Shown: positions 8,501-16,297 of the stretch, piece after piece
Position numbering within the stretch: the stretch's first letter is position 1
How the letters are laid out: every line of letters starts with the position of its first letter
Origin: Dehalococcoidia bacterium
Lineage (GTDB): Bacteria > Chloroflexota > Dehalococcoidia > UBA2979
Assembly: GCA_965262725.1 (NCBI GenBank)
Contig: OZ253555.1
Span: 2,368,001 to 2,432,000 of the forward strand
Length of the DNA stretch: 64,000 bases
Direction of reading: 5' to 3'
Position numbers and translations under genes: made by a program
Notes under the pieces: model-generated
The model's database searches: none
Seen by the model: the letters and a program-made list of their open reading frames with translations, nothing else
Told to the model about the DNA's origin: nothing

Positions 8501-10627
8501 GGCTCGCGAGCTGTCTCCCCCGTTGCCACCGGCCCAGATGTAGGAGAGCCCGCGGCCGCCATCCCCCTGCCGGAGGCCTGTCTCGATCGCGGCCCGCCAG
8601 ACGCTGGGGGAGGGGTGTGGGAGGCCGTCGTCTTGCGGGCCCCAGCTGTTGGACGATATCTGGGTCGTGACCCTGTTGCGGGTCATCGCGTCCACCTCGT
8701 AGCGGAGATCCTGTCCCTCGTACGCTAGATAGTCCACGTAGTTGTAGCTGTAGATCGTCGCTCCGGGCGCGACGCCGCGGACGCCGACGTCGTTGTGCTC
8801 CGCGGCGATGAGCCCCGCAACCGCAGTCCCATGGTTCACAAAGAAGAGCTCAAAGACTTCTGATGGGGTGCCGTATGCCTCAGCCCAGTAGTCGAAGTTG
8901 CGGCTGGTATCCACGTTATTCTTCAGGTCCTCATGTCTGTAAAATAGTCCGTCATCCACGATGGCGATGTTCACGCCCGCGCCCGTGGTCCCCTCTTCCC
9001 ACACCTCCTCGACATTAATGTCCTGCATCGCCCCGCCTGAAAACTGGCCGGTGTTGTTCAGGTGCCACTGGCAGCCGTAAAATGTATCGATGGCGGCATC
9101 CGTGGTGAGCTCCATGCACCGCTCAAAAAAGCTCTTATACGCCCCCTCGGGCTGGACGAAGAGGAAGTATGCGCCCGTCATTCCACCCCTTCCCTTCACA
9201 CGGAGTTTGTACGTCCTTCCGGCCTCGAACAGGCCAAACGCGTAACCGGCTATGTAGTCGCGCGCGTAACTATCCCACCGTGCGTGATCGATCGTATAGA
9301 AGTCGAGGCGCGTGTTCTGATCATCGTAGGCTGTTATTTTCAGGTCAGTCTCTTCGTACTCGACCGTTACGGCGACGACGGATGCATGAGTGTCCTCATC
9401 AAAGGAGATACTGAAGTAGTCGGCATCTGACGAAGATGAAATACGCCCCGGCACCCCGGCGCCCGGAGGCATGGGAGTAGCGGTGTTCAGGGAGTTGCCG
9501 GGGTTCGGCGCCTCCCCCACCTGCATCACGTACCCTCCCGTGAAGTAGGACTGGGTGCCCTCGACCTTGATGTAGTACGTTCCGGCTGCGCCGGTGCCGC
9601 GCAACATGAACCCCTGGGCAATATGACGACCTCCTAAGGTCTGGTGAATGAACAGATCATCCTGAAGAAAGAATTTGAAGGATGTAGCCAGTGTGTTCCC
9701 GCTGGCATCGAGGAGTTTCGCGTTGACAAAGGTCTCGCTGAACGCCACGACGTAGAAGTCGGTCGGCGAACTGAACTCGAGCTTGTAGTAGTCAACGTCG
9801 TAGCTGTTGGTGTCTCCGGGCCGCCCGATCCGCCCAGCGGTCACGAGGCCGGGGTAGGCGGCGGCAGCTGAAGGGCGGCTGTTTCCGATATCGGCGGGCA
9901 GGATCTCCACGTGGATTTCGTACGGTCCCGTCGCGCCGGCGTTGCCCGCCACCGAGGCGTAGTAGGTTCCGGCGGCAAGGTACCCATGCAGGATGAAGTT
10001 CCAGGGGTTGTCGGGAAGGATGGTGTCGTTGCTTGACTCCTGGGACTGGTCGTTGTCGTCCAGCAGTTCGCCGACGACATCGACGGGCCCGGTGCTGCGT
10101 ACCAGGATGTCGGAGTCTTCGGCCAGGACGAAGCTGAAGAAGTCCTTGTCGGTCTCGGAACCAATTCGCCCGGCTGCCACCGCGGGAGTCGAGGCGCTCA
10201 CGACCAGCGCCGTGGCCGTGGAGGTCGTACCGCCGTAGTCGTTGGTCGTGCCCGTGGAGGTGGCCGACCAGTCGCCGTCGCCGGTGGCGTTGACGGCCCG
10301 GACCTGCACGTCGTACCCCGTGCTGTCCCTGAGCCCGGAGACGACGTACGAGAGCGAGCCCGACGTCCATACCTCCTCGTCCAGTAGGGTCCAGTTGGAG
10401 TCGGCCTTGTCGGTCGCGGCGCTCTCGATGTAGCGCAGGTCGTAGGCGCTGATCGCCGCCCCGCCGTCATAGAGCGGCGCGCTCCAGGTGACGGTCAGCG
10501 TGTTCGTCGTGGCCGCCACCGCGTCGATGGTCGGAGGATCGGGAGCGGTGGTCTGCGCCGCGGCGCGCTCGGTACCGCCCGCGAGAGCGAGCGCGGCGCC
10601 GAGGGCGAGCAGCGCGAGCCACCTCAC
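2564..10627 (-). CDS. Giant exported kexin/furin-like S8 protease-adhesin (~2687 aa): signal, FN3, 3 PPC-like repeats, S8, P-domain, 2 FN3, ~7 cadherin-like plus Ig repeats, shared C-terminal module
   Basis: Triad IAIVDDG, NHGTAVAG, GGTSAATP and oxyanion WAGGNGG. P-domain LKIELESPSG...GEWKLRITD. FN3 YDVQVRAVN. GTG at 10627 overlaps the upstream TGA (GTGA) and gives signal peptide MRWLALLALGAALALAGG..AAAQ. Confidence 0.9.
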   Translation of the reverse strand: MRWLALLALGAALALAGGTERAAAQTTAPDPPTIDAVAATTNTLTVTWSAPLYDGGAAISAYDLRYIESAATDKADSNWTLLDEEVWTSGSLSYVVSGLRDSTGYDVQVRAVNATGDGDWSATSTGTTNDYGGTTSTATALVVSASTPAVAAGRIGSETDKDFFSFVLAEDSDILVRSTGPVDVVGELLDDNDQSQESSNDTILPDNPWNFILHGYLAAGTYYASVAGNAGATGPYEIHVEILPADIGNSRPSAAAAYPGLVTAGRIGRPGDTNSYDVDYYKLEFSSPTDFYVVAFSETFVNAKLLDASGNTLATSFKFFLQDDLFIHQTLGGRHIAQGFMLRGTGAAGTYYIKVEGTQSYFTGGYVMQVGEAPNPGNSLNTATPMPPGAGVPGRISSSSDADYFSISFDEDTHASVVAVTVEYEETDLKITAYDDQNTRLDFYTIDHARWDSYARDYIAGYAFGLFEAGRTYKLRVKGRGGMTGAYFLFVQPEGAYKSFFERCMELTTDAAIDTFYGCQWHLNNTGQFSGGAMQDINVEEVWEEGTTGAGVNIAIVDDGLFYRHEDLKNNVDTSRNFDYWAEAYGTPSEVFELFFVNHGTAVAGLIAAEHNDVGVRGVAPGATIYSYNYVDYLAYEGQDLRYEVDAMTRNRVTTQISSNSWGPQDDGLPHPSPSVWRAAIETGLRQGDGGRGLSYIWAGGNGGDSSRANDNSNLDGYVNFYGVTAVCAVNYNDVRSIYSEPGANLWVCAPSNGVSQPGITTTAEGATLGFGSDGSDFRPGLYRDNFGGTSAATPIVSGVVALMRSASPNLTWRDVKLILAASARKNHAGDGGWEQGALRYGSDTDYYSFNHKYGFGVVDAGAAVTLAKGWTTNVPTMRSAEATWDGPDVAIDTLHTPYTRTVTFPDSDVDFIEFVEITINLDHSSIRDLKIELESPSGATSQLLHSGEVRDYFGDLLREPHWGALRFGSAKHLGESPDGEWKLRITDEAADKDGILRNFRLKVYGHSQKPGFLATPSGTTVGGSLAVSWTVPGNTGTSPITSYDVRYIRSDAADKADSHWTEVTSAWTSGTLSYDLTGLTPAVRYDVQVRAVNSSGGGPWSETVVGSVAAAPGVPTNIVVTDSDEGLVVAWEPPASDGGADIQRYDIRRIRSDASDKADDNWIVSTGAWRSGDVHTRASVTNLTNGVKYDVQVRAANSAGDGPWSATSTGTPAPVNVDSVFPATESGVRSIGEHQASPNIGEPVGAVDPDDNSLTYTLTGVSDDILDIDPSTGQLFRKTALDYETTNQYRVTVHVSDNRHRSGVPDPAVDDSVDVVIDVLDENDPPSIQGRESFTVTENVEGKVEEYVGMDREGDQMTIAFVGPDIGLFSHGDDGDIDNGEEEDGELRFVTPPDFENPTDSDRDNLYEVLVSISDGIRSSRELMVKITVTDQEEPPIVTGPTDLDFPEDSVGTVGTYVGVDPEKPEDPVEFDVGGDDGELFKINESGQLTFKQRPNYEDVDDHNEDDVYEVSVLASDAFGSGSLDVLVRPTDADEAPEIDGPAHVTIEENGTVFIGSYTQTDPEGQPSAWETLAGPDAAAFEFDDTSGELRFVNVPDYDAPADVGRDNTYDVTLRASDQNYTGTFAVKVTVTDVDEAPIITGDSMIEFAENDRGTLGSYSASDPERGTVIVSLSGPDAGDFSLTNGVLGFANIPDFETAADSNRDNEYQVTIEAADVENTATFGVTVTVTNEDEAGTLTLSSEQPQVGTTLTATLTDLDGRISGESWSWQRLDGGTWTPIGGATGWQYTPVDDDLNRRLRVTVEYTDGHGPNKGEEETTDHQTQPAPPANHPPEFASSMMERSVDENSGKDTAVGARVRATDDDNDVLAYTLSGTDGGSFTIDGSSGQIRVAASVMIDHETRDSYSVFVTATDPSDDSDSTTVTIAITDVDEPPVAKNDEVATVEDVATTIDVLRNDEDPEDKTLTVSPGSAPRSGTAVLNADSTFTYTPNPDTNGIDSFTYTISDGRNPRAGATVHVSVESVNDSPSFDAQTAERVVAETDRNGDPVGAPVTASDVDHEPLELSYSLRGTGAPFFRIARHTGQILVAGMVLDAAAQPEHLVTVVARDPDGGEATIDVTIEVSATPVTPPVTVTVIGGGGGGGPSGPTPSEIEFEWNVTRDIEELDGGHDVPTGSWSDGTTLWLAENGDGAADAVYAYDLASGERVQELEFELDDANLAPRGVWSDRTTIWISDSGKDKLFAHDLGSGERLPDSDLALHPDNDDPRGIWSGGSTLWVLDGRDNALFGYDLESGELLAGYALDSDNDDPHGIWSDGVSVWVSDHNDKRLFAYRLPSLEEEDTSADEEEDLELERVRDEEFWKLPRVSNNSPRGLWSDGDVMYVADESDGRVYTYNMPDAIDARLVSLALSDVEIGEFSRSQAEYEGVAADGATQTTVEARPAQSRARVVIDPLDADEVADGHQVALDGLEEITVTVTSPDESRMRVYRVRIGGAAEQLAAPACLSGSIAVGFSLVISAAGSVEDLVACAQSRHVTTLYTLHDGGYLPYILGAPEFVNRSFRELYADGLPSFTPLIAKNEGSPSPAPASDDVPEFGPDCLSGEIAVGFSLVLYEGGSVKDLEACAQSHDVTVVYALHEGEYVPYILGAPEFVNRSFRELFASGVPAATPFITKSEGQAGGDGGDASDN

Positions 10628-11610
10628 CTCAGGACGACCTGGCGCCGCCAGTTGGGGCTGGAGATGACCACGCCGTCCTCGGCGGCCAGCGCATTGGCGA
10701 GCTCGAGCGAGGGAAGGCCGGGAGCAGTGTCGATGAAGAACGCGTTGGGAGCGAAGTCCATCGTCTCGATGCTGCCCTTGGCGATGCCGTTCGTGGCGAC
10801 GAAGGTGTTGATCCGACGCTGGTCCCACTGCTCGTCGAGCACGAGCAGCACGCCGCCGGGGAGGGTCATCAAGGAGCCGGACTCGGTGCGGAAGACGGGG
10901 AGTGTGTCCTGCTCGTCGTGCCGCCCCGTCCGCTGGACGATGTTCTCCCTGCTACCGGCCCTGACGACGACGTCCTCGACGGTGTTATCGGCGGTGTTCT
11001 GGATGACGAGGTTGGTCTGCAGGTAGACGCGCCTGGTGTGCTCGCCGTCCTGCCAGGTGTGGAGTACGGACCCGCCGGTCGAGCGGGCCGACGCCCCGGA
11101 CTCGGTGGGGCTCGGCCCGACGGCGCCGACCTGTCCGGGCTGCGGGGTTGGCGAGGCGGGCCACCCGCGAAATGCGGCGCCGCTGCTCGCCGGTGTGGGG
11201 TCCCGGGTGTTGGCGCCCGCGGCCGCAGTTCGCCGATCCGGGTCGCGGGCGGGCAGGGGCGCCGGGGTCGCGGGCGCTGCGGTGGCCGTGGGGGGGCCTT
11301 CTTGCCCGCGGAGCTCGGGTGTCGGCGTGCTCGTCGAGGTCGCGCTCGCCGAAGACCGAGCTTCGCTGCCAGCAGTTGGGGAGGGAGGCGCCGGCGCCGT
11401 GGCCGCCGGTGTGGGGTTAGCCGTGCCCGTGCTCGCCGGAGCGCGCTCGCCGCCGCTGTCCTGCAGGGAGGGTGGCGCCGTGGCCGTCGGAGTTGTCGCT
11501 GCCGGTTCGGGATCCGGGCGGTTGCAGCCGGTGAGGAGCATGGCGGCAGTGGCTATGAGAGAGACGACTGCGACGGCGGCGGGGAGTGTGAATCGCGTCC
11601 GCATGGGCAC
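10624..11610 (-). CDS. Lipoprotein with Pro/Ala/Thr linker and a C-terminal domain resembling a subtilase propeptide/external chaperone
   Basis: Lipobox LLTGC. C-terminal PVFRTESGSLMTLPGGVLLVL...SLELANALAAEDGVVISSPNWRRQVVLR. Stop overlaps the protease start. Confidence 0.75.
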   Translation of the reverse strand: MPMRTRFTLPAAVAVVSLIATAAMLLTGCNRPDPEPAATTPTATAPPSLQDSGGERAPASTGTANPTPAATAPAPPSPTAGSEARSSASATSTSTPTPELRGQEGPPTATAAPATPAPLPARDPDRRTAAAGANTRDPTPASSGAAFRGWPASPTPQPGQVGAVGPSPTESGASARSTGGSVLHTWQDGEHTRRVYLQTNLVIQNTADNTVEDVVVRAGSRENIVQRTGRHDEQDTLPVFRTESGSLMTLPGGVLLVLDEQWDQRRINTFVATNGIAKGSIETMDFAPNAFFIDTAPGLPSLELANALAAEDGVVISSPNWRRQVVLR

Positions 11611-11724
11611 TTTCCCACTTGGCAGATGGGGGACGACAGTCCCACGCGCACCAATAGTAGTGTACCGCTGGGATGCTTAGCGCACGGGAGACTATCCAGT
11701 ATTCGACGCCATCGGCCTCGAGTC

Positions 11725-11788
11725 GGCGCGACCTGTTCGCCGACGGAGTCCCCGCCGTCACGCCGCTGATCGCCAGGAGCGACGGGTC
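11725..11788 (+). pseudogene. Short remnant of the shared C-terminal repeat
   Basis: Encodes RRDLFADGVPAVTPLIARSDG, matching the termini of the giant proteins. Confidence 0.7.
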
Positions 11789-12272
11789 GCGCCGGGTCAC
11801 CGGCCAGCACCGCTCCACGCAGCGCCGCCTCCCGGCGCGCGGCCGCGGCGACGACGCGCTGCGGACGGAGTTGCACGCCTTCTCACGTGGCCACCCCCGC
11901 TGGGGTTACCGCCCGGCCTGGGCGGCCTTGCGCGAGAAGGGATGGGGCGTGAATCGCAAGCGGGTGCAACGGCTGTGACGTGAGGAGGGGCTGCGCGTCC
12001 CGGTGAGACGACGCAAGCGTCAGCGTCTCGGGGACTCGGCAGTGCCCGCCGTGCGGCTGCGGGCTGAGCGGCCGAACCACGTCTGGGCGCTGGACTTCCA
12101 GTTCGACCAGACCGCGGACGGGCGGGTCTTGAAGCTGCTCAACGTCGTCGACGAGCACACACGGGAGGCGCTGGCGGTAGTGGCCGCCAGGAGCATCACC
12201 GCCGATTCCACGGCCTCAACGCTCGACCGGATCGTCGCCGGGCGCGGAACGGCGCCTGTGTACCTCCGCTGC
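11789..12272 (+). mobile_element. IS3-family orfB fragment (HTH_21 plus first half of rve), pseudogenised
   Basis: GQHRSTQR, HPRWGYR, VNRKRVQRL*REEGL (TGA at 11976), PNHVWALDF, VVDEHTRE. Truncated just before the DNG motif. Confidence 0.85.
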
Positions 12273-12417
12273 GGGTTGTTCGACCAGACCTGTCGCCAGT
12301 GCGCGACCGGGAAGGCCGCGAAGGGCGGGACCTCTGGCGCAGCGTCGCCGAGCACCGCCGCGGCCTCGGGGATGCGCGCCGGAGGCAGCCGGGGCGGGCG
12401 ACATGCCCGCGGAAGCC

Positions 12418-13100
12418 ATGAGCTGAGCCGCGCCAGCAACAACAGCCCGCGCGGTCTCTGGTCGGACGGCGACATCATGTACGTGGCCGACGCCAGCGAC
12501 GGCAGGGTCTACAGCTACAACATGCCCGACGGCGTCGACGCCCGCCTCGCTTCGCTCACCCTCAGCGATGTTGAGATCGGCGAGTTCTCCCCCGGCCGCC
12601 TGGAGTACGAGGGCGTCGCCGCCGAGGGCGTGGCGGAGACCACAGTCGCGGCGTCGCCGGTCCAGCGGGGGGCGACGATTGGGATCGGGCCAACCGACGC
12701 CGGCATGGACGCCGCGGGGCACCAGGCCACCGTCGAGGACGGCTCGGAGATCACCGTGACGGTGAGCTCGCCCGACGGCAGTCGCACGAAGGTCTACCGC
12801 GTGCGCATCGACGCGGAGGAGCAGAAGCCCGCGCCCGGTTGCCTGCGCGGCGATGTCGCCACGGGTTTCAGCCTTGTCGTCTACGAGGGCGGTAGGGTCG
12901 ATGAGCTCGAGATGTGCGCGCAGGGCCGCAACATCACCGCCGCCTACGCCCTGGTCGACGGCGAGTACGCGCCCTACATCCTCGGAGCTCCGGACTTCGT
13001 GAACGAGGCGTTCGGGGCGCTCTTCCCCGAGGGCCTCGCCCCGGCCACCCCGTTGATCGCCAGGAGCGCCGGACTTCCCGCAACGACGTCCAGCCAGTGA
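12418..13100 (+). pseudogene. Orphan 3' part of the shared C-terminal module (last blade, cadherin-like domain, one terminal repeat)
   Basis: ELSRASNNSPRGLWSDGDIMYVAD...CLRGDVATGFSLVVYEGG...YILGAPDFVNEAF. No signal peptide or start of its own. Confidence 0.85.
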
Positions 13101-13220
13101 CGTCAGGGCGGACTGCCTACGCGTCGGGGTTGCTCCGCGGGCCTGGTAGCGGTCGTCCGTGCCGTTTGGACCGCTCCTCGTCGAATGTTCTCGGGCGCGG
13201 GTGCCAGGAAGGTTCCGGAC

Positions 13221-13666
13221 ATGCCGCCAGCCGTTCTCGCGTGGATCGACTATTCCGAGTCCGACCAGCGTCGGGCCCGGGAGATCGTCGCGATGTTCTC
13301 GCAGCACGAGAGTCGCGACGAACTGGGACTCGGCGGGATTCGAGACGTGCTGAGCGACACGCTCTTCCCGGGAACCTCCGTGCTGCTCACGCGCGCCCGG
13401 CATCTCCTCTTCGTTCCCTGGCGATTACATGACGGCGCGCGCCGCGGCTACCGTGGCCCACAGCTCGCTTCGTGGGTGGACGGGCAGGAACGGAGTCTCA
13501 TCGGCGCGCTCCGGAAGGGCGGCGATCTCAGAGGGCTGAGCGGGCGCAACGTGGGGCGTGACGTCCGGATACTCCCCTCCACCATCTACTGGAACAGCCT
13601 CAGGCGCTTTGGCATCCTGCGGCACGAGGGGACGGCGGCCCAGATCGCCGGTCTTCGGCAGCTCTC
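13221..13666 (+). pseudogene. N-terminal fragment of a DUF6361-like protein, truncated by an IS3 fragment
   Basis: LAWIDYSESDQRR...ESRDELGLGGIRDVLSDTLFPGTSVLLTRAR..LFVPW...PSTIYWNSLRRFGI; family recognised from memory. Confidence 0.65.
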
Positions 13667-13909
13667 AGCGGATGTCGCCGGGCGCTGCCCCGCGCACGGC
13701 GACGACCCGGTCGAGCGTTGAGGCGGTAGCGTCGGCATTGATGCGCCTGGCGGCGACGATCGCCAGCGCCCCCCCGTGTGTGCTCGTCGACGATGTTGAG
13801 CAGCTTCAGGACGCGCCCGTCCGCGGTCTCGTCGAACGGGAAGTCCAGCGCCCGGACGTGGTTCGGCCGCTCAGCCCGCAGCCGCACCGCGGGCACCGCC
13901 GAGTCCCCG
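13667..13909 (-). mobile_element. Second IS3 orfB fragment, a diverged inverted copy of 12029-12270
   Basis: GDSAVPAVRLRAERPNHVRALDF..ETADGRVLKLLNIVDEHTR, with frameshifts. Confidence 0.85.
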
Positions 13910-14599
13910 CGAATGGCCAACGTGTGAGCGTACTCAGAGGCACGTGTCATCCGCCTAATCGTTGTCCAGCAGCCCGCTGCGCACGCACCAGAGCACCATC
14001 TCCTGCATCGTCCCGACCCTCAGCTTTTTCTGGATGCCGTAGATCGCTTGCCGGACGGTCACGGGCTTGATCCCCCGCGCCTCCGCTATCCGAGCGTAGG
14101 ACATCCCCCGCGCGAAGGAGACGAGTATGTCCCGCTCCCTCGGAGTCAGCCCGGCGGTGGTAGCGGCATCAGCCGTCCTTCCGCCGCCGCGTATCGCCGC
14201 GAATGCCATCCTCACCGTGTCGGCTGGCAAACGAAAATCGCCCAAGGCCACGTTCCGCACGGCTGACAGCAGTTGCTCCCTGTCAGTCTCCTTTTTCAGG
14301 TATCCGGTGGCGCCGGCGGCCACGGCCTCCACGACGGCGTCCTCCTCCGTCGAGGCTGTGAGCATGAGCACGCGGGTCTCGGGCGCGGACTCCATGATCT
14401 CCCTGCACGCCTCCACTCCATCCTTCTTCGGCATCATCACGTCCATCACCACCACGTCCGGCGACACGTCTGCGGCCACCCTCACCGCCTCCTCGCCATC
14501 CGCCGCCTGTCCCACCACCTCGAACTCGCCGGACTGATCAAGAACCTGCTTCAGGCCGACCCTCACGACTGAATGGTCGTCAACGATCATCACCCTTAT

Positions 14600-16258
14600 C
14601 TCGAATCCACCGAACGAAGCTTGACGAGGCGGGGTGCCGGGCTGCCGGAGAGTTCGACGGGTGTGTCGGCGTTCGCCGGGCGGCGCCGGGGGCGGGCCGG
14701 AGCCAGGAGCCGTCGCTCAGCACCGCTCGGGGGCGCTGAGGGTGCGGGCGCGAGGGTGCGCGAGGCGTGGGCGGGCATGCTGGCGCGAGCTTCGGCTCCG
14801 GTTCGGCGCTGTGAGCGGGCGTCAGGTCGGGAGCGGTATCGCCCGTAGTCGCGCGAGCGCGGCTGCCAGCTGCCCGGCCCAGGGCCAGCGCTTCGGGAGG
14901 TGCAGGGTCCACCGCCGGGCAGAGTGGGTGAGCCGTCCGGCGAGAGAGAAGTAGCGCCGCCTGAGCGTCCTGGTCGTCACGATCCCCTCGCCGAGCCCGA
15001 GGCGTGCCGTCCAGCGGGCGAGGTTGTGCGCGATCACCTGCACCGCGAGCCACGCCGCGTTCGCGGCGAAGCGGCCCGAGGGGAGATGGTTCAACCCGAC
15101 GCCGTACTTGAGGTCGCGGATCGCGTTCTCGATCTCGGCGTGACGGCGATGGTCGGCCTCCAGCTCCATCATCTCCCCCGCGCGATCGGTGATGAAGGCG
15201 TGGTAACTGTAGTTCACGAAGAGCGCGAGCTGTGAGCCGGGCGTCGGCTTGACGCGCCGCACGATGAGCCGCACCGCGGTGGCGTCCCTCGTGTGCTGGA
15301 ACGGCGTGTAGGTCGTCTCGGCGACAGCGGCGCCGTCGTCCTGCCAGTACGGGATCGGCGTCCAGTCCTCTTCCGGTATCGCCTCGATCAGCCGGCGTAC
15401 GTTCGGCTGCTGGCGAATGGTGATGGAGAAGCGGACATCCTGCTTGCGACAGACGGCGACGACAGCGTGGTTGTAGAAGCCGCTGTCGGCGCGCACCGTG
15501 AGCTGCCCGCTCGCCCCGGCGTCGCGCACCCGGCCCACCGTCTCACGCAGGAAGTGGGCGGCCCCCCGAGCGGTGTTGGCACGGCCCCCGCGCAGCCGGG
15601 CCATCAGCACCTCACCCGTCCCGGCCGCCACCGCGAGCAGCGGGTGATAGCCGCGCACGCCCGTGTAGCCGTGGTGCCGGGCGCCCTCTTTCGCCAGTCC
15701 GTAGGTCTCGCAGAGCGTCGAGTCGAGGTCGATCGTGAACGGTGCCGCGCCGGGTCCCGCCCCGGCCGCCCAACTGCGGGCCAGCAACTCGCGGCTGACG
15801 CGGTCGAGCTGGCGGACGTGGCCCCAGCGGAAGCTGCGCAGGAACGTCCCGAGGGTGGACGGCGCCTTCACCGTGCAGCCGAGCACGCGCCCGGCGCCGC
15901 CTGAGCGCATGGCATCGGCGTCATCGATGCAGTCGCCGCCCGCGAGCGCCGAGGCGATGAGAGTCATCAGCTTGTCGCCGACGTTCGCCCGCCCCGCTGC
16001 GTCACCGAGGTCGAGGTGGGCGTCTGCCAGTTCACGGAGGCCGAGCCGGCCAGCGAGCGTGGCCGGGAGCAGCAGGCCCGCGTGGTCCACGAGGCGGTCG
16101 TCGTCGAAGGCGATGTGTATCCGGTCGGGGCTGCTCGTTGCTAACATCGAATGGGTGCTCCCTGTGGCTGTGACGTGATTCGGTCAAAAACCATTGTCCC
16201 AGCTACAGCGGAGCACCCAACCCCAGCCGCTCGCGCACTCTTCTTCGGTGGATCAGGG
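14600..16258 (-). mobile_element. Complete IS1380-family element (1659 bp)
   Basis: Terminal IRs CTCGAATCCACCGAA / CCCTGATCCACCGAA (12 of 15 match). 5-bp target duplication CTTAT at 14595-14599 and 16259-16263. Confidence 0.92.
14822..16147 (-). CDS. IS1380-family DDE transposase
   Basis: TIDLDST, GYHPLL, LRGGRANT, VRADSGF, HAEIENAIRDLK, LPSGRFAANAAW. Confidence 0.92.
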   Translation of the reverse strand: MLATSSPDRIHIAFDDDRLVDHAGLLLPATLAGRLGLRELADAHLDLGDAAGRANVGDKLMTLIASALAGGDCIDDADAMRSGGAGRVLGCTVKAPSTLGTFLRSFRWGHVRQLDRVSRELLARSWAAGAGPGAAPFTIDLDSTLCETYGLAKEGARHHGYTGVRGYHPLLAVAAGTGEVLMARLRGGRANTARGAAHFLRETVGRVRDAGASGQLTVRADSGFYNHAVVAVCRKQDVRFSITIRQQPNVRRLIEAIPEEDWTPIPYWQDDGAAVAETTYTPFQHTRDATAVRLIVRRVKPTPGSQLALFVNYSYHAFITDRAGEMMELEADHRRHAEIENAIRDLKYGVGLNHLPSGRFAANAAWLAVQVIAHNLARWTARLGLGEGIVTTRTLRRRYFSLAGRLTHSARRWTLHLPKRWPWAGQLAAALARLRAIPLPT

Positions 16259-16297
16259 CTTATGCGCTCGCCCGCCGGCATCCCGGGCCTCCTTTCT

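Larger units (their letters stand above)
13955..16281 (-). pseudogene. NarL/LuxR-family response regulator interrupted at codon 8 by IS1380
   Basis: Removing the IS restores MPAGERIRVMIVDDHSVVRVG. REC (VVMDVMMP) and LuxR HTH (LTPRERDIL) lie intact in 13955-14593. Confidence 0.9.

Noticed and set aside
10628-10828. Upstream extension of the S8 ORF to 10828 (similarly 30811-30987 and 41727-42149)
   Set aside because: The extensions overlap other genes or precede the signal peptide; better starts exist at 10627, 30810 and about 41726.
12003-13100. Apparent transposase-surface-module fusion protein (365 aa)
   Set aside because: Chance in-frame join of a truncated IS3 orfB, low-complexity filler and an orphan module; no signal peptide and an incomplete DDE motif.
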